The notes under the pieces are model-generated. The model did no database searches. It was not told the DNA's origin and was given only the letters and a program-made list of their open reading frames with translations. Shown here piece after piece: positions 26,850-35,527 of a stretch of DNA of 64,000 bases; the first letter of the stretch is position 1, and every line of letters begins with the position of its first letter. The DNA is from an uncultured Desulfurococcales archaeon. GTDB taxonomy: Archaea > Thermoproteota > Thermoprotei_A > Sulfolobales > CAZFJX01. The stretch covers positions 15,543 through 79,542 of the forward strand of contig CAZFJX010000001.1 in assembly GCA_964519505.1 (NCBI GenBank), read 5' to 3'. The translations under genes and the position numbers were made by a program.

Positions 26850-27872
26850 GGTTAATAGCATAGTTATTAAGGCTAGAAACCCGGTAAGTATAAATAGTAG
26901 TATCTCAGTAATCACTAACTCACACTCAGTGAGAGGATTCTTTAGGGTTATTAGTTGAACTAGTGTGATTGGTGCTTTAAGATCGCAACTACCCTCGATG
27001 TACTTACCTTTAATGACTGTAGGCCTCTTAACTATCTCCCTTCTCTCTCTCAGCCCACCTATAGACGTGATTATCTGGAATCCATTAATTATTAAGGGCA
27101 TTAAAGCTGTTATCATGAAAAACTCAACCCTACCTAGGATTGTTAATGATACAAGCAACGCACCAAGTATGAAGGACCCGCTATCACCATTAAATATTCT
27201 CGCTGGATACATATTGTATATTAACTGATTTAACGCTATCACGATGACTACAACAGCCAAGTATAAAGCAGCAACACTTGTTTTACCTGTCACAACATTT
27301 CTAGCTATGAGAGGTAAAGAAAATGATGCGGCTATTAGGGTCACTGAGGGTACTATACCATTATGTGTATCTATCATGTTTAACCCGTTAGTACCTACGG
27401 AGTAAGCAAGGAGTATGGCTAATGGATATATTATCGTAAGCCTTAAGGTACCTATGAATGGTACGTAAGGTCTTGGATAGTAAAGCCCTGTAAGTACTAT
27501 AGGTAAGGCAGATATTATAGGAAGAAAAGTTTTTGTCTTAGCATCAAGCGTTACTAAGTCATCAACTAAACCAATTAAACCACTTATTAATGAAGGCACT
27601 AAGTAAATGGCTAAGACCATTAACTCATAGCCTCCAGTGATCTTGTAAATTACATATAAGGTTATTATTGTTACTAACAACGTAGGTATTAATATTGGAC
27701 CTGAGGTTGATGGTATTTTAGGTTTGCTTGGTTTATGAATATCTATACCGGTAAGTCCCTTACTATACTCAAATCTAATTACGTACCTCACAAGCGCATT
27801 ATATGTTAACGTCACTAACACTGTAGGTATCGCTATGTAAGTGATTATCTTAATACCTAGCACAATACCCAT
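26844..27872 (-). CDS. family 4 glycosyltransferase (polyprenyl-phosphate HexNAc-1-phosphate transferase, MraY/WecA/AglH-like)
   Basis: GLVDDLVTLDAKTK, NGLNMIDTHNG and FNGDSGSF motifs. About 10 TM segments. Confidence 0.75.
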   Translation of the reverse strand: MGIVLGIKIITYIAIPTVLVTLTYNALVRYVIRFEYSKGLTGIDIHKPSKPKIPSTSGPILIPTLLVTIITLYVIYKITGGYELMVLAIYLVPSLISGLIGLVDDLVTLDAKTKTFLPIISALPIVLTGLYYPRPYVPFIGTLRLTIIYPLAILLAYSVGTNGLNMIDTHNGIVPSVTLIAASFSLPLIARNVVTGKTSVAALYLAVVVIVIALNQLIYNMYPARIFNGDSGSFILGALLVSLTILGRVEFFMITALMPLIINGFQIITSIGGLRERREIVKRPTVIKGKYIEGSCDLKAPITLVQLITLKNPLTECELVITEILLFILTGFLALITMLLTS

Positions 27873-27941
27873 ACCACAAATTTCATTAATTTCGTTAAAA
27901 TTAAAAACTTAATTATGTGAGGTTTAAATGGGGCTTAAGTA

Positions 27942-28832
27942 GTGGTTAAGATAGCCGTTATTCATGAAGCACCCCAACCGACATTATCATCTCGCCAACT
28001 TATTCTCGCATTAATTAATGAGGGAGTTGACGCTTACTACTTAAGGATATCTAAGATACATGGGTTCATAACTAATTCAGGTTTTGAGTTAAGATACGGT
28101 GGTAACGTCAAGTTAGAGCTGGATGGGGCCTTCGTTAGGAACTTAGGCTTCATACTAAGTACTGAACAATTACTTAAGCGTGTAAGTATCTTAAGGCAAA
28201 TGGAGCTTAATAACGTAACCTTAGTTAACCCTGTTGAAGGCATGCTACTTGCTAGGGATAAGTACATGAGTGTATTAACACTTAAGAAACACGGACTCCC
28301 AGTACCCGATACTGCTGTTGTTGAGGACGTGTTTACCGCAACGCAGTTAGTCAAGGAGTGGGGTGAGGTTGTTATTAAGCCATTAGTAGGTAGTATGGGT
28401 TTCGGTTCAATAAAGACTAGTGATCCAGACATAGCCTTTAGGGTTGCTAAAACACTCTTAAATCTCGGTCAACCGATATATATACAAAAATACGTAGAGA
28501 AACCAGGCAGAGATATTAGGGTTTTCGTCGTTGGTGACGATGTCCTCGGCGGTATGTATAGGATATCACCCATACATTCATGGAAAACAAATGTTGCTCA
28601 GGGAGCTAAGGTCAAGGCGCTGAAGGTTAATGAGGAACTAAGGGAGCTAGCGATAAAAGCTACTAAGGCACTAGGGCTTCATTACTCAGGTGTTGATATA
28701 GGTGAAGGTAAGGGTGGGTACGTTATTTTTGAGGTCAACGCATCCCCCCTATGGGCAGGGTTTATGAGGGCTACAGGCATTAACCCTGCACCTCACTTAG
28801 TTAAGCATATATTAAGCTTAGTTAAGAGGTAA
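27942..28832 (+). CDS. RimK-type ATP-grasp ligase (MptN/LysX/CofF-like)
   Basis: About 295 aa. ARDKYMS...L..HGLPVPDT, VIKPLVGSMGFG and YSGVDI...VIFEVNASP are typical of the RimK ATP-grasp family. Confidence 0.75.
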   Translation: MVKIAVIHEAPQPTLSSRQLILALINEGVDAYYLRISKIHGFITNSGFELRYGGNVKLELDGAFVRNLGFILSTEQLLKRVSILRQMELNNVTLVNPVEGMLLARDKYMSVLTLKKHGLPVPDTAVVEDVFTATQLVKEWGEVVIKPLVGSMGFGSIKTSDPDIAFRVAKTLLNLGQPIYIQKYVEKPGRDIRVFVVGDDVLGGMYRISPIHSWKTNVAQGAKVKALKVNEELRELAIKATKALGLHYSGVDIGEGKGGYVIFEVNASPLWAGFMRATGINPAPHLVKHILSLVKR

Positions 28833-28839
28833 TTACTTG

Positions 28840-28888
28840 GTGATGAGTAGCTAACCAAGTGATTAATGATCGAAAGCTCTCGCTCTGA
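28840..28888 (+). ncRNA. box C/D sRNA candidate 3
   Basis: GTGATGA-N12(GTAGCTAACCAA)-GTGA-TTA-ATGATCG-N12(AAAGCTCTCGCT)-CTGA. It fills the 58-nt gap between two convergent genes. C' position 6 (C) and D' position 1 (G) co-vary. Confidence 0.65.
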
Positions 28889-28890
28889 CT

Positions 28891-29373
28891 TTAAATAGGT
28901 AACTTAAATTCCTGAGGTATCTTAAGTTGCTTAATTACATAAATTATCTTAATTTCAGATATTTCGGCTATGTCCCCTAATTCATCAATAAACCTAGCCA
29001 ACTCCTCATTACTCCTACCTATGAACTTAATCATGAACTGGTACTCACCAGTGACTTCATAAATTTCTAAAGCACCCCTTAATTTCCTTAATTTAACGCT
29101 CGCGTCCTTAATTTTCTTGGCGGGTACTTTAATAAGTACGTAGGCCTGAGTCCTATAGCCTAATCTAAATAGGTCAATCTCGGCATGGAACCCTCTAATG
29201 ACCCCTAAGTTCATTAACTTCTTTATTCTTGTATATATGGTCGTTTCACTAACATCCAGCTCTTTAGCTAAAGACCTAAAGGAGATTCTACCGTCCTCTA
29301 TTAATGCATTAATTATCCTTAGGTCAAGCTCATCCAGCTGTTCCTCGATCTTTATGTATTTCCTATTAGGCAA
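28891..29373 (-). CDS. lrp: Lrp/AsnC-family transcriptional regulator
   Basis: N-terminal HTH (LDLRIINALIEDGRISFRSLAKELDVSETTIYTRIKKL) plus a C-terminal RAM/ACT-like domain. 160 aa. Confidence 0.85.
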   Translation of the reverse strand: MPNRKYIKIEEQLDELDLRIINALIEDGRISFRSLAKELDVSETTIYTRIKKLMNLGVIRGFHAEIDLFRLGYRTQAYVLIKVPAKKIKDASVKLRKLRGALEIYEVTGEYQFMIKFIGRSNEELARFIDELGDIAEISEIKIIYVIKQLKIPQEFKLPI

Positions 29374-29417
29374 GTATGAGACACCCCATTCCTTAATTAC
29401 TTATATACCGTAAATAC

Positions 29418-29445
29418 TTAAGCAATACTACGCACATATGCTTAA
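29418..29445. promoter_or_regulatory. inverted repeat TTAAGCA-N14-TGCTTAA just upstream of the lrp TATA box
   Basis: The 7-bp arms were verified by eye. A TATATAAG element (minus strand, about 29401-29408) sits 28-35 nt upstream of the lrp ATG. Confidence 0.3.
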
Positions 29446-29611
29446 TCTTGAGCTATATACAGTACTGTAACTTAATAAGAGGACTAAAAGATGTTCTAAG
29501 AGGGAGTGGAAGATAATACCCACATACGAACATAACCAAGCAGGAATAAGTAGTGGAGGTTCTAAAGATGACTTAGAGGAGGGTTATAGTAGTAAATGCG
29601 ATTTAAGCAAA

Positions 29612-29932
29612 ATGGGTGAGTTCATAAGAAAACACATATCTAGAGCTGCTCCAGGACACGTAACGCTTCTTAAGAATATGGCTGAACTCAGATACGGTAC
29701 TGATTTTATTGAGTTATTCCTTAATGAACCTAGTAAAGTGCTTGACTTACTAATAAATATTTATGGAGGGGATGAGGAGACAGCCACATTTATTTTTAAG
29801 GTCTTATTCATAAAGCCTTTAGCCATGTGGTTAGGTGATTTATCATTAATAGAAGATTTCATGAGAATTATAGTTATGAAAAGAGATAACATGAAGTTCA
29901 AAGTACTTCTTCAAGCTTTATGTAGGGAGTGA
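29612..29932 (+). CDS. hypothetical protein
   Basis: 106-aa ORF with an ATG start. No motif recognised. Confidence 0.3.
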   Translation: MGEFIRKHISRAAPGHVTLLKNMAELRYGTDFIELFLNEPSKVLDLLINIYGGDEETATFIFKVLFIKPLAMWLGDLSLIEDFMRIIVMKRDNMKFKVLLQALCRE

Positions 29933-30010
29933 AGAGCATTAATTGCCTTAAGTTAATACGCCCTTAATCAATTACCTCATAAGCTTAATAGCCATGTCTC
30001 AACATACTTA

Positions 30011-31252
30011 TTGGTTAAGGTTTTGGCACGGATAAATATCGATGAGTTTTACTCAGAAATTAAGAAGGCTTATGAGTCCTTAAAAGGTGTTGTATATAAC
30101 ACACCTATAGATTTCTCAAACACGTTTTCAAGGTTAAGTGGTGGTAAGGTATTCCTTAAACTTGAGAACCTTCAGAAGACAGGTGCTTTTAAGGTTAGGG
30201 GTGCTTACTACAAAATAAGGTCATTACCTAAAGAAAAACTGGCTAAGGGAGTTATAGCTGCTTCAGCAGGTAACCACGCTCAGGGGGTTGCTTATGCCGC
30301 TTCCGTAAGTGGTGTTAGGGCTGTTATTGTTATGCCTGAAACAACACCTGCTAGTAAGGTATTAGCTACGAAAAGCTATGGCGCTGAGGTAGTCCTACAT
30401 GGTAGAATCTACGATGACGCTTACAGGAAGGCTATGGAGATATGTGAAAAAGAAGGTTTAACGTTCATACACCCATTTGACGACCCTAAAGTAATTGCTG
30501 GCCAAGGAACTATAGCTATAGAGATAATTAACTCACTACCCAAGTTTGACGTCATATTAGTGCCTGTTGGTGGTGGCGGCTTAATCTCAGGTATATCTAT
30601 AGCTATCAGAAAAGTCTTCGGTAAGAACGTGCGCATCATTGGGATTGAACCGGAGGCAGCACCTAAGTTTAAGATCTCTTTAAAGCATGGTAAGCCTGTG
30701 GTAGTACCCTCAAAACCCTCCTTAGCTGATGGGTTAGTAACTAAGAAGCCTGGGAACTTAACCTTTAAGATAGTTAATGAGCTTGTTGATGAGGTAGTCA
30801 CGGTTTCCGAGGATGAGATAGCTAGGGCTATGTTCTTACTACTTGAGAGGGGTAAACTGCTTGCTGAAGGTGCCGGAGCAGCACCACTAGCTGCTTTACT
30901 AAGTGGTAAAGTTGATGTTAAGGGTAAGACCGTGGTTGCCATAGTTAGTGGTGGTAATGCTGACTTAACAACTATATATAGGGTCATACTTAGAGGATTA
31001 AGTCTTGAGAGGAGGGTAATTAAGTTAAGAGCTATACTTAAGGACGTGCCAGGGACCCTCAAGGAGGTCTTAAATATAGTAGCTAGCAATAGGGGTAACA
31101 TAGTTGATATTAAGCACGATAGATTCTCACTAAAAGCCGGGCCAGGCTACGCTGTCGTTGAACTCATAATTGAGTTACTTAACCCCGAAGCTAAGGACAC
31201 CATAATTAAAGAGATAAGTAAGTTAGGTTATAGGGTTGAGATTATTGAGTGA
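30011..31252 (+). CDS. ilvA: threonine ammonia-lyase (threonine dehydratase) with C-terminal ACT-like regulatory domain
   Basis: The PLP-lysine motif LENLQKTGAFKVRGA, plus SAGNHAQG and GGGGLISG. TTG start. Confidence 0.85.
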   Translation: MVKVLARINIDEFYSEIKKAYESLKGVVYNTPIDFSNTFSRLSGGKVFLKLENLQKTGAFKVRGAYYKIRSLPKEKLAKGVIAASAGNHAQGVAYAASVSGVRAVIVMPETTPASKVLATKSYGAEVVLHGRIYDDAYRKAMEICEKEGLTFIHPFDDPKVIAGQGTIAIEIINSLPKFDVILVPVGGGGLISGISIAIRKVFGKNVRIIGIEPEAAPKFKISLKHGKPVVVPSKPSLADGLVTKKPGNLTFKIVNELVDEVVTVSEDEIARAMFLLLERGKLLAEGAGAAPLAALLSGKVDVKGKTVVAIVSGGNADLTTIYRVILRGLSLERRVIKLRAILKDVPGTLKEVLNIVASNRGNIVDIKHDRFSLKAGPGYAVVELIIELLNPEAKDTIIKEISKLGYRVEIIE

Positions 31253-31574
31253 GTTATTCACCTTAAGACTAAACGTTCATGTTGAGAGCGTTGATGAATT
31301 CAATAAAGCTATTGACGGATTAATGAAGATACTTAAAGAGGCTAATGGCTCCTTATTCACTCACGGCCATATAGTTCTTTGGGCATCTGAAGAGACACTC
31401 CTAAAGACATACCCACTAGTCAGAACACCTAGAATGGAGGAAGCCGCATACATGCCCGGCAGATTCGTCTTCGTTATTGAGTTAGTATCTAGAAAGCCTA
31501 GTGAGTTAGTTAAGTTAGGTAGTAAGGTCATAGAGTTATTGAGAAGAACGAACTTACTATTTACTATCCATTAA
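31236..31574 (+). CDS. hypothetical protein
   Basis: 112-aa ORF with a TTG start that overlaps the ilvA end by 17 nt. No motif recognised. Confidence 0.3.
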   Translation: MRLLSELFTLRLNVHVESVDEFNKAIDGLMKILKEANGSLFTHGHIVLWASEETLLKTYPLVRTPRMEEAAYMPGRFVFVIELVSRKPSELVKLGSKVIELLRRTNLLFTIH

Positions 31575-31575
31575 G

Positions 31576-31626
31576 TCAGTCCATGGGAGTTTCTTCACTA
31601 ATCCGCTCCTGCCTTAGACTCATCAC
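31576..31626 (-). ncRNA. box C/D sRNA candidate 4
   Basis: The minus strand reads GTGATGA-N14(GTCTAAGGCAGGAG)-CGGA-TTA-GTGAAGA-N12(AACTCCCATGGA)-CTGA. It lies in the 102-nt gap downstream of the membrane-protein gene on the same strand. Confidence 0.5.
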
Positions 31627-31676
31627 CGAATACTATGTGTGTAAGGAGAGATAAATACCTACCACTCATACGCTGC

Positions 31677-32378
31677 TTAAGGTACGAGCATTATTAATGA
31701 GGCACTTATAGAGGTTGTTATAAGAGGTATAATCATCAACGCATCATAAACACCAAATCCACCAATATAGATACCTCCCTCATGAGATCTTAAGCTATCT
31801 AAATTAAATAGGTCGAAGCCTAAAAGCGTTGCTAGATAAGTCATTACGAATATTACGTAGGGCTTTAAGTAAACCCCTAAAACATCATTAAGCGCCTTAA
31901 TGATTAACGCTAAAGTTAATGAGACCATCAGCATATTTCCCACAATACCTATACCTAACCTTACCTTTACAGTTACATAAGGTATTAACGATAGAGCAAT
32001 CGGCATTACCGTCATTAGAAATAAATTAACGATGTTAAGTCTGAATATATTGAGTATCAATGAAGATATAGTAATTAATGATGGAGTAATTAACATAAGG
32101 TTCACGTATATGTCTTGATAACCTAATTTACTCAACGCAACCGGGAGTTTAAACCCAATTGTGTTTAGGGTTAGTACTCTAATCTTTAAGGACTTAACCT
32201 TCCTTCTAAGAATATGCACATAAGAATTCAATAGGGTTAACGACAAAATCGTTAATATAGCTGAACCTAATATGGATATACAGAGGTTATTAGTCATTGA
32301 GTAAAGCACTAAGTCGAGTGCGTAGAACATAAGCAGGTTTAGGCATACTTTATTAATGAGTAATTTACTTAACCACAT
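31677..32378 (-). CDS. polytopic membrane protein, unknown function
   Basis: 233 aa with 6-7 hydrophobic segments. Confidence 0.4.
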   Translation of the reverse strand: MWLSKLLINKVCLNLLMFYALDLVLYSMTNNLCISILGSAILTILSLTLLNSYVHILRRKVKSLKIRVLTLNTIGFKLPVALSKLGYQDIYVNLMLITPSLITISSLILNIFRLNIVNLFLMTVMPIALSLIPYVTVKVRLGIGIVGNMLMVSLTLALIIKALNDVLGVYLKPYVIFVMTYLATLLGFDLFNLDSLRSHEGGIYIGGFGVYDALMIIPLITTSISASLIMLVP

Positions 32379-32452
32379 ACCTATCTAATAACACCATTCA
32401 GTATCAAATAGTATTTAAGAAGTTAATCACATCATTATATGGGTGTTCATGC

Positions 32453-33322
32453 TTGGTTAGTGTGTTTAGGGTTCTTCAAGCGTTACTTGACGGTGTGGAA
32501 GTTGCTACACAGTCGTACATTAAGCCAGGCACTTACCATAGATATAGCCTTGATAGGGATTTAACGATATACTTAAGAACAGTTACCGCAGCTATGGGTA
32601 GGTACTTTAAGGCCGCTGAATTAGGCCCCATGGTCGTTAAGGGGGAGGTTGGATTACCTTCACTAGGTTTAAGTAACTTAATAATTCAGTCAGTTAGGGA
32701 TAGCTTAAGTAAGGTAGGTAGTAACGCGCCCATACATATACACATACCCCTAATCACTTTAACTACGTCCTCAACAATGGTGTTAAGTAAGGGTAGGGGG
32801 GTTAACTTAAGTGACTTATGGAGGACATACTTACAAGTGCTTTCGGGTACTTCATGGAGAGATAGCGTGACCTTCGTTAAGGAGATTAAGAGACTAGGGA
32901 CCGAGCTATCATTAGCCATCGATGACTTAGGGATAACTACGTCAAGAATAGAAATTGAGGGTTTAACCCTTCATGAATTACTACAATACTTATGTAATAA
33001 GGTTAAGGACTTAAGGTATGTCATTAAGGACTTAGAGCCTGTGAGGTCCGCTAGTAACGTCATAGTTAATGAGTACTTAAGGATAGGTGACTTAAATATA
33101 GCTACCGTTAAGGCATACATAACACTACTTATTAATGAAGTACCAAGCGGGTTTAGGAGGTCCTTAAGTGAGTTATTAAGGAAGGATTTAGGTAGGGAGG
33201 AGGCTAAGTACTTAATCAGCCTAGATAAAAAGCTACGTAGCTCTGGCACGCGTTACGACCACCTATTAACACCTCTAATAACTTCAACATACGCAGCATT
33301 AACAGTGCTCTATACTAGATAA
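32453..33322 (+). CDS. CitG-like (triphosphoribosyl-dephospho-CoA synthase family) protein
   Basis: N-terminal ALLDGVEVATQSYIKPGTYHRY resembles the E-x-x-x-x-PKPGLV segment of CitG/MdcB proteins. About 290 aa, mostly helical. Confidence 0.45.
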   Translation: MVSVFRVLQALLDGVEVATQSYIKPGTYHRYSLDRDLTIYLRTVTAAMGRYFKAAELGPMVVKGEVGLPSLGLSNLIIQSVRDSLSKVGSNAPIHIHIPLITLTTSSTMVLSKGRGVNLSDLWRTYLQVLSGTSWRDSVTFVKEIKRLGTELSLAIDDLGITTSRIEIEGLTLHELLQYLCNKVKDLRYVIKDLEPVRSASNVIVNEYLRIGDLNIATVKAYITLLINEVPSGFRRSLSELLRKDLGREEAKYLISLDKKLRSSGTRYDHLLTPLITSTYAALTVLYTR

Positions 33323-33329
33323 CGGTTAG

Positions 33330-34058
33330 TCAGAACCACGGGTAAACATACCTGGTTAGTTTCTTTATTATTCTTAGTCTCTTCTCATCTATGAAGAAGG
33401 GCATTAACGCTAATCCACCTATGAACCCTCCTATATGCGCCCAGAAAGCAATCCCTGAATTAAAGAATAGCAACCCACCAAACAATTGATAAATGAACCA
33501 TAACGTTATGAAGACTTCTGAGGTCATTATGACAGGTATGAACCCTATGAATGTAGCGACCCTACTTCTGGGGAATAATATTAAGTAAGCACCTAAGATA
33601 CCGCTGATGGCTCCACTAGCACCTACTGCAGGTATGTCATAGACTAAAGGACCCGCCAATGACTTACTAAGTAAGTACGTTTGTGGTAGGAGATATATGC
33701 TTAAAGCATTAAATATAGCCGCTATTATTCCAGCAAGTATGTAAAATATGAAGAACTTTGTAGCGCCCATAAGCTTCTCAATATCACGTCCAAACATGAA
33801 TAAGAATAACATATTACCAAATAAGTGTAATATATCAGCATGAACGAACATTGACGTAAAGACCCTGTAGAATGTTGGCGGGTTAAATAGATCATAAGGC
33901 CTCGTACCCAACATATATATAGCTATGTCGTAATCCTCATAGAAGATTATGCTTAAGATTATGAACACTAAGGTATTAACACCTAAAAGTATGTATGTCA
34001 TTATCGGTCTTTTAAATATGTATATAGTTGGTTCCTCACCTAGTACTGGTAGGCCCAT
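33330..34058 (-). CDS. rhomboid-family intramembrane serine protease
   Basis: HADILHLFGNM and GASGAISG motifs, a later H in WAHIGGF, and 6-7 TM segments. Confidence 0.85.
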   Translation of the reverse strand: MGLPVLGEEPTIYIFKRPIMTYILLGVNTLVFIILSIIFYEDYDIAIYMLGTRPYDLFNPPTFYRVFTSMFVHADILHLFGNMLFLFMFGRDIEKLMGATKFFIFYILAGIIAAIFNALSIYLLPQTYLLSKSLAGPLVYDIPAVGASGAISGILGAYLILFPRSRVATFIGFIPVIMTSEVFITLWFIYQLFGGLLFFNSGIAFWAHIGGFIGGLALMPFFIDEKRLRIIKKLTRYVYPWF

Positions 34059-34072
34059 GACGGATCTCTCAC

Positions 34073-34789
34073 TTACTTAATGACGTTAATATCTATTAAG
34101 GTTACTCCTTTCCTCGCAGGTAATGAAACGTTGTATATCTTACTTAAACCTATGCTAGCCTCAACAACTCTAGAATTATGAGCATGTGCATGTATGACTA
34201 TGTTTGGCTTAGCTTCCTTAATCACCCTCTCAAAGTCTCTAGAACCCATATATGGGTATACCTTGAATGGCTCCCCATAAACCGTAATGAATGTTGGTGC
34301 GTAATGAGTTACTAATATCGTTACGTCACTCATGGTCTTTAACTTAAGTAACATCTCCTTGATCTTAAGTGGTCTTTCCTTATATACCTTCTCTAACTCG
34401 GGCTTATTCCTCCTTTGCCAGAATGTTAGCCTTTCTAGACTTCCCCTACTACCCACAATACCCAGCTTAACCCCATTAATATCTACTATGGTGTAGCTAT
34501 CGTTTAGCCATAGTATTTCAGGGTACTCCTTAATGAATCTATCTTCAAGCTCATGATACTCCTCATTGCCGAATACCGCTATTATTTTTATGCTACTGAA
34601 CTTCCTAGTCACTATATTCACTATAGGTCTTAATTCAAGTACATTCCCTTCATCAACCATGTCGCCAGCAAAAATTATTAGCTTTGGCTGTATGTTGAGT
34701 AATGACGATACACTTGCTCTAAAAAGAGGAAGGTACTTATACCCATGTACATCACCAACAGCTAAAATCTTGAAATGCAAAATTCGCAC
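34073..34789 (-). CDS. calcineurin-like metallophosphoesterase
   Basis: AVGDVHG, AGDMVDEG, GNEE, and HAHAH near the C-terminus. Confidence 0.75.
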   Translation of the reverse strand: MRILHFKILAVGDVHGYKYLPLFRASVSSLLNIQPKLIIFAGDMVDEGNVLELRPIVNIVTRKFSSIKIIAVFGNEEYHELEDRFIKEYPEILWLNDSYTIVDINGVKLGIVGSRGSLERLTFWQRRNKPELEKVYKERPLKIKEMLLKLKTMSDVTILVTHYAPTFITVYGEPFKVYPYMGSRDFERVIKEAKPNIVIHAHAHNSRVVEASIGLSKIYNVSLPARKGVTLIDINVIK

Positions 34790-34853
34790 CTAAGTATGTA
34801 GTAATAAGAAAAGCTTAAATATCTCACAAAAAACTTCTTAGTAGGTACTCATC

Positions 34854-35069
34854 ATGGTATCATTAGTAGGCGTTAATGCCTCAGGTCATGAGGGCTGGAT
34901 AAGATTCTACTGCATAATATGCCATAAGAAGATGTTGGTAGGTAATGAACCGATATATTACTGCCCTAAGTGCGCACAAACAAGAGGTGCTTACTTCTGC
35001 TTAGCTGACTATAAGAAGGTAAAAGGTAAATGCCCATTCTGTGACACTGAGCTACAGCTTTACCTCTAA
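34854..35069 (+). CDS. small zinc-ribbon protein
   Basis: 71 aa with CIICH, CPKC and CPFC pairs. Confidence 0.45.
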   Translation: MVSLVGVNASGHEGWIRFYCIICHKKMLVGNEPIYYCPKCAQTRGAYFCLADYKKVKGKCPFCDTELQLYL

Positions 35070-35095
35070 AAACTTCTAATTAAGGAGATATATTC

Positions 35096-35464
35096 TTGAG
35101 TGAATCACCAATTAGTGAGTACATAATTAAGGATCATATAAGGGTAATTCTTGTTAAGCTAAATGAATATAATTACCTAATAATAGACTTACCGGCACTT
35201 CCATGGTGCTTTAGTGAGACAAAGGAGTTAAGTGTTGATAGGGCCAAGCTGTTCTATGCTAAATTAAGTAATTCACTATTAAATGAGTGCTTAAGCAACT
35301 ATCTAATCAGTAATGAGGTTGTTGGTACTTTAGTTAATGGGGTTAAGAGAACCATATCTATTAGGTTAAAGGTCAGTAGGTCCTTAACTATTGATGAAAG
35401 GGTTATTGAGGGTATATTTAATTGCTTGAGCAAAAAGATCATTAACTTTTGCAGTAACGGCTAA
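35096..35464 (+). CDS. hypothetical protein
   Basis: 122-aa ORF with a TTG start. No motif recognised. Confidence 0.3.
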   Translation: MSESPISEYIIKDHIRVILVKLNEYNYLIIDLPALPWCFSETKELSVDRAKLFYAKLSNSLLNECLSNYLISNEVVGTLVNGVKRTISIRLKVSRSLTIDERVIEGIFNCLSKKIINFCSNG

Positions 35465-35527
35465 TTACTTACCCATAGAGATATATTCCTCGTCACATGA
35501 TTTTAGTTAGGTTAGGTAGGTGTATGT

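Noticed and set aside
30421-31101. 226-aa minus-strand ORF inside ilvA. The same applies to the other antisense ORFs in the track, for example 448-630, 2201-2815, 5647-5880, 6476-6694, 7726-7941, 18282-19472, 20230-20478, 21885-22673, 25961-26317, 28037-28432, 40923-41198, 45272-45637 and 54083-54376.
   Set aside because: Each lies fully inside a longer ORF on the other strand that has clear family motifs. Their translations are low-complexity and motif-free.
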